Source: Halodesulfurarchaeum sp.
GTDB taxonomy: Archaea > Halobacteriota > Halobacteria > Halobacteriales > Halobacteriaceae
NCBI GenBank assembly: GCA_034520565.1
Contig: JAXHNL010000002.1
Span: forward strand, 480,001 to 544,000
Length of the DNA stretch: 64,000 bases
Direction of reading: 5' to 3'
Shown: positions 61,376 through 64,000 of the stretch, piece by piece
Layout: each line of letters begins with the position of its first letter
Numbering within the stretch: the first letter of the stretch is position 1
Position numbers and translations under genes: made by a program
Notes under the pieces: generated by a model
Databases searched by the model: none
What the model saw: the letters and a program-made list of their open reading frames with translations, nothing else
What the model was told of the DNA's origin: nothing

Positions 61376-61499
61376 TACGAAGCGGTTGGGCGAGGACCTA
61401 CATAAGCCCCGTGACGAACGCGAGCTGCCGCTCGAACCACCCGTTGGCCCCCGCGGAAAAGAAGGATTGAAATACCCCGACTTGATAGAGACGGGTACG

Positions 61500-61589
61500 A
61501 TGACACCCTCGACGCCACGGCAGTCGGTCCGGTCCGTGAGCCGGGGGCCTGTTCTTTACTCCTCGCGACGACGAGGGGGGTCCTTCTGA
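61500..61589 (+). promoter_or_regulatory. Candidate Arg-rich leader peptide (uORF) of the arg operon
   Basis: MTPSTPRQSVRSVSRGPVLYSSRRRGGSF*, CGA-CGA-CGA, TATA-like TTGAAATA at 61467-61474, hairpin over the stop. Confidence 0.5.
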
Positions 61590-61679
61590 CCCCAGATACA
61601 TTCACCCCGACCCCATTCGTCTCGAACGCCACGCCCGACAGAAGCGTCGGCGTGGTGAATTTCCATCCACACCATCACA

Positions 61680-62912
61680 ATGTCACACGACACCGTCGCG
61701 CTCGCCTTCTCCGGCGGGCTCGATACGACCGTCACGGTACCGCTGCTGCAAGAAGAGTACGGCTATCGCGAGGTGATCGGCGTCACCGTCGACGTCGGCC
61801 AACCCGAAGCCGAGTTCGAGGAGGCCCGGGAGACGGCCGAAGCGCTCGACGTCGAGCACTACGTCGTCGACGCGACCGAACCCTTCGCCGACCTCCTGAT
61901 GGAGGCCGTCAAGGCAAACGCCACGTATGAGGGCTATCCCCTCGGGACCGCCCTCGCCCGCCCGGTCATCGCGGCCACGATCCAGGCCGTCGCCGAGGAC
62001 CTCGGCGCAGACGGACTCGCCCACGGCTGCACCGGCAAGGGCAACGACCAGCTCCGCTTCGAGGCGGTCTGGCGCCAGTCCGACATGGACGTCATCGCGC
62101 CCGTTCGCGAACTCGATCTGACCCGCGAGTGGGAGATCGAGTACGCCGAGGAGAAGGGCCTGCCCGTCGACAGCGGCAACGACGGGACCTGGTCGATCGA
62201 CTCGAACCTCTGGAGCCGCTCGATCGAGGGCGGGCGGCTGGAGGAGCCCGACTACGTCCCGCCCGAGGACATCTACGAGTGGACCGCGGAACCGAGCGGC
62301 GAGACCGAACTCGTGGAGATCGAGTTCGAGGAGGGCGTCCCCGTGGCTCTCGACGGCGAGACCATGGACCCCGTCTCGCTCGTCACCACACTCAACGAGG
62401 TCGCCGGCGCCCACGGCGTCGGCCGCACGGACATGATGGAGGACCGCATTCTCGGGCTGAAAGTCCGGGAGAACTACGAACACCCCGCAGCGACGACCCT
62501 GCTCGCGGCCCACGAGGCCCTCGAGGCCTACGTTCTCACCGCCGAGACCCTCTCGTTCAAGAAGGGAGTCGACGACATGTGGGCGAAAAAGGCCTACCAG
62601 GGCTTGCTCGCCTCGCCGCTCGTGGACAGCCTGAACGCGTTCATCGAGGACACGCAAACGGCGGTCACCGGCACGGTGACGATCAAGTTCGAGGGCGGAC
62701 AGGCCCGGCCCGTCGCCCGCGAGAGCGACAACGGTGTCTACTCGGCCTCGGCGGCCTCGTTCAACACCGAGGCGATCATGGATGACATCACTCAGGGCGA
62801 TGCGACCGGCGTCGCGAAGTACCACGGCTTCCAGGACCGCCTCGCGGCCTCGATCCAGGCCTCGACGGGCGTCTCGGATTTCGCCGCGGACGTTTCGACC
62901 GGGGACGAGTAG
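61680..62912 (+). CDS. argG: Argininosuccinate synthase
   Basis: LAFSGGLDT, HGCTGKGNDQLRF, SIDSNLWSRSIEGG. Confidence 0.97.
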   Translation: MSHDTVALAFSGGLDTTVTVPLLQEEYGYREVIGVTVDVGQPEAEFEEARETAEALDVEHYVVDATEPFADLLMEAVKANATYEGYPLGTALARPVIAATIQAVAEDLGADGLAHGCTGKGNDQLRFEAVWRQSDMDVIAPVRELDLTREWEIEYAEEKGLPVDSGNDGTWSIDSNLWSRSIEGGRLEEPDYVPPEDIYEWTAEPSGETELVEIEFEEGVPVALDGETMDPVSLVTTLNEVAGAHGVGRTDMMEDRILGLKVRENYEHPAATTLLAAHEALEAYVLTAETLSFKKGVDDMWAKKAYQGLLASPLVDSLNAFIEDTQTAVTGTVTIKFEGGQARPVARESDNGVYSASAASFNTEAIMDDITQGDATGVAKYHGFQDRLAASIQASTGVSDFAADVSTGDE

Positions 62913-62924
62913 GAGAACAGACAA

Positions 62925-64000
62925 ATGACCGAGGATACATCGGACGGACCGCCTGAGGCTCCTGGGGAACGCCAGGACGGGTCAGACGACGGGGACAACC
63001 CGAAGGAGACCGTCGTCCGCCGCGATCGCTTCAGCGGCGGCCCGGCCCGGGACTTCCTCTCCTCGATGGCCGCGGACGCCAGGATCTTCGACGCCGACCT
63101 GGCCGTCGACCGCGCCCACGTCGTCATGCTCGCCGAGCAGGGGATCATCGAGGACGAGACCGCCGGCGAGATCCTCGGGGCACTCGACGTCGTCGAGGAA
63201 GCCGGACACGGTGCCCTCCCCGACGGCGAGGACGTCCACGAGGCCATCGAGACGGCCGTAATCGACACGATCGGCCCGGAAGGTGGGCGGATGCACACCG
63301 GTCGGTCGCGCAACGACGAGGTGGCAGCCTGCATTCGGTATCAACTGCGGGCCGACCTGCTCGAGGCGATCGAAGCGGTACTCGAGTTCCGCGAGACGCT
63401 GCTCGAAGTCGCCGCCGAGCACACCGAGACGGTGATGCCCGGGTACACCCACCTCCAGCCGGCCCAGCCGACGACGGTGGCCCATTACCTCCTCTCGTAC
63501 GCGGGCGCGGCCGCCCGAGACACCGAACGCCTGTTCGGGGCGTTCGAGCGGACGAACCGTTCGCCGCTGGGGGCTGCCGCACTCGCCGGCACCCCATTCG
63601 ATGTGGATCGCGAGCGGACGGCCGAACTCCTGGGTTTTGACGGACTGGTGGAGAACAGCATGGACGCCGTCGCGGGCCGGGACGTACTCCTCGAGTCGAT
63701 GAGCGCGATCGCCGGACTCTCGGTGACGCTCTCCGGGCTCGCGGAGGACGTGATCCTCTTTGCGAACCGGGACTTCGTGACGCTCGCGGACGCCTACAGC
63801 TCGACCTCCTCGATCATGCCCCAGAAGAAGAACCCGGATAGCCTCGAGCTGGTCCGGGCGACCGCCGGCGACGCCGCCGGGGCCGTACAGGGGCTTTTGA
63901 CCACGATCGCCGGACTCCCCCGGGCCTACAACCGCGACCTCCAGCGGGCCACCCCACACGTCTGGGAGCCGATGGACGACGTGACCGAGGCCACCCGGGT
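62925..64000 (+). CDS. argH: Argininosuccinate lyase (runs off the window)
   Basis: EDVHEAIE, HTGRSRNDEV, MPGYTHLQPAQP, SSIMPQKKNPD, AYNRDLQ. Confidence 0.96.
   Translation, partial: MTEDTSDGPPEAPGERQDGSDDGDNPKETVVRRDRFSGGPARDFLSSMAADARIFDADLAVDRAHVVMLAEQGIIEDETAGEILGALDVVEEAGHGALPDGEDVHEAIETAVIDTIGPEGGRMHTGRSRNDEVAACIRYQLRADLLEAIEAVLEFRETLLEVAAEHTETVMPGYTHLQPAQPTTVAHYLLSYAGAAARDTERLFGAFERTNRSPLGAAALAGTPFDVDRERTAELLGFDGLVENSMDAVAGRDVLLESMSAIAGLSVTLSGLAEDVILFANRDFVTLADAYSSTSSIMPQKKNPDSLELVRATAGDAAGAVQGLLTTIAGLPRAYNRDLQRATPHVWEPMDDVTEATR

Overview
GC-rich haloarchaeal (Halobacteria) chromosome segment with an acidic proteome. (1) 1-4077: end of a type I-D-like CRISPR-Cas locus (cas3'-cas4-cas1-cas2, leader, 16 repeats/15 spacers). 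(2) ~4.1-36.8 kb: core genes (pgm/pmm, halocyanin, arsR-arsM, samp2, rfcS, alaS, NMD3, htpX, radA, a DsrE-TusA-SQR-DUF1641 sulfur operon, sufSU, rpl39e-rpl31e-eIF6-pfdA-ftsY, srp54). (3) 36872-~52310: an intron-containing tRNA-Arg(UCU) followed by a ~15 kb largely AT-rich island built from tandem integrations. The first element is a capsid-less rolling-circle Rep/SNJ2-like integrase element carrying a CARF-like regulator and a type IIG R-M gene. The second, decayed element carries a PLD-domain protein and a wHTH+dGTPase pair. The third segment holds a DUF4747-like + 4-TM gene pair. This candidate antiviral defence hotspot is the most interesting part of the window. (4) 52.5-64 kb: core genes ending in argG-argH, preceded by a candidate Arg-rich leader peptide. 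Several single-base frameshifts, including in essential alaS, suggest uncorrected sequencing indels. Family names were assigned by motif recognition only; no database searches were run.
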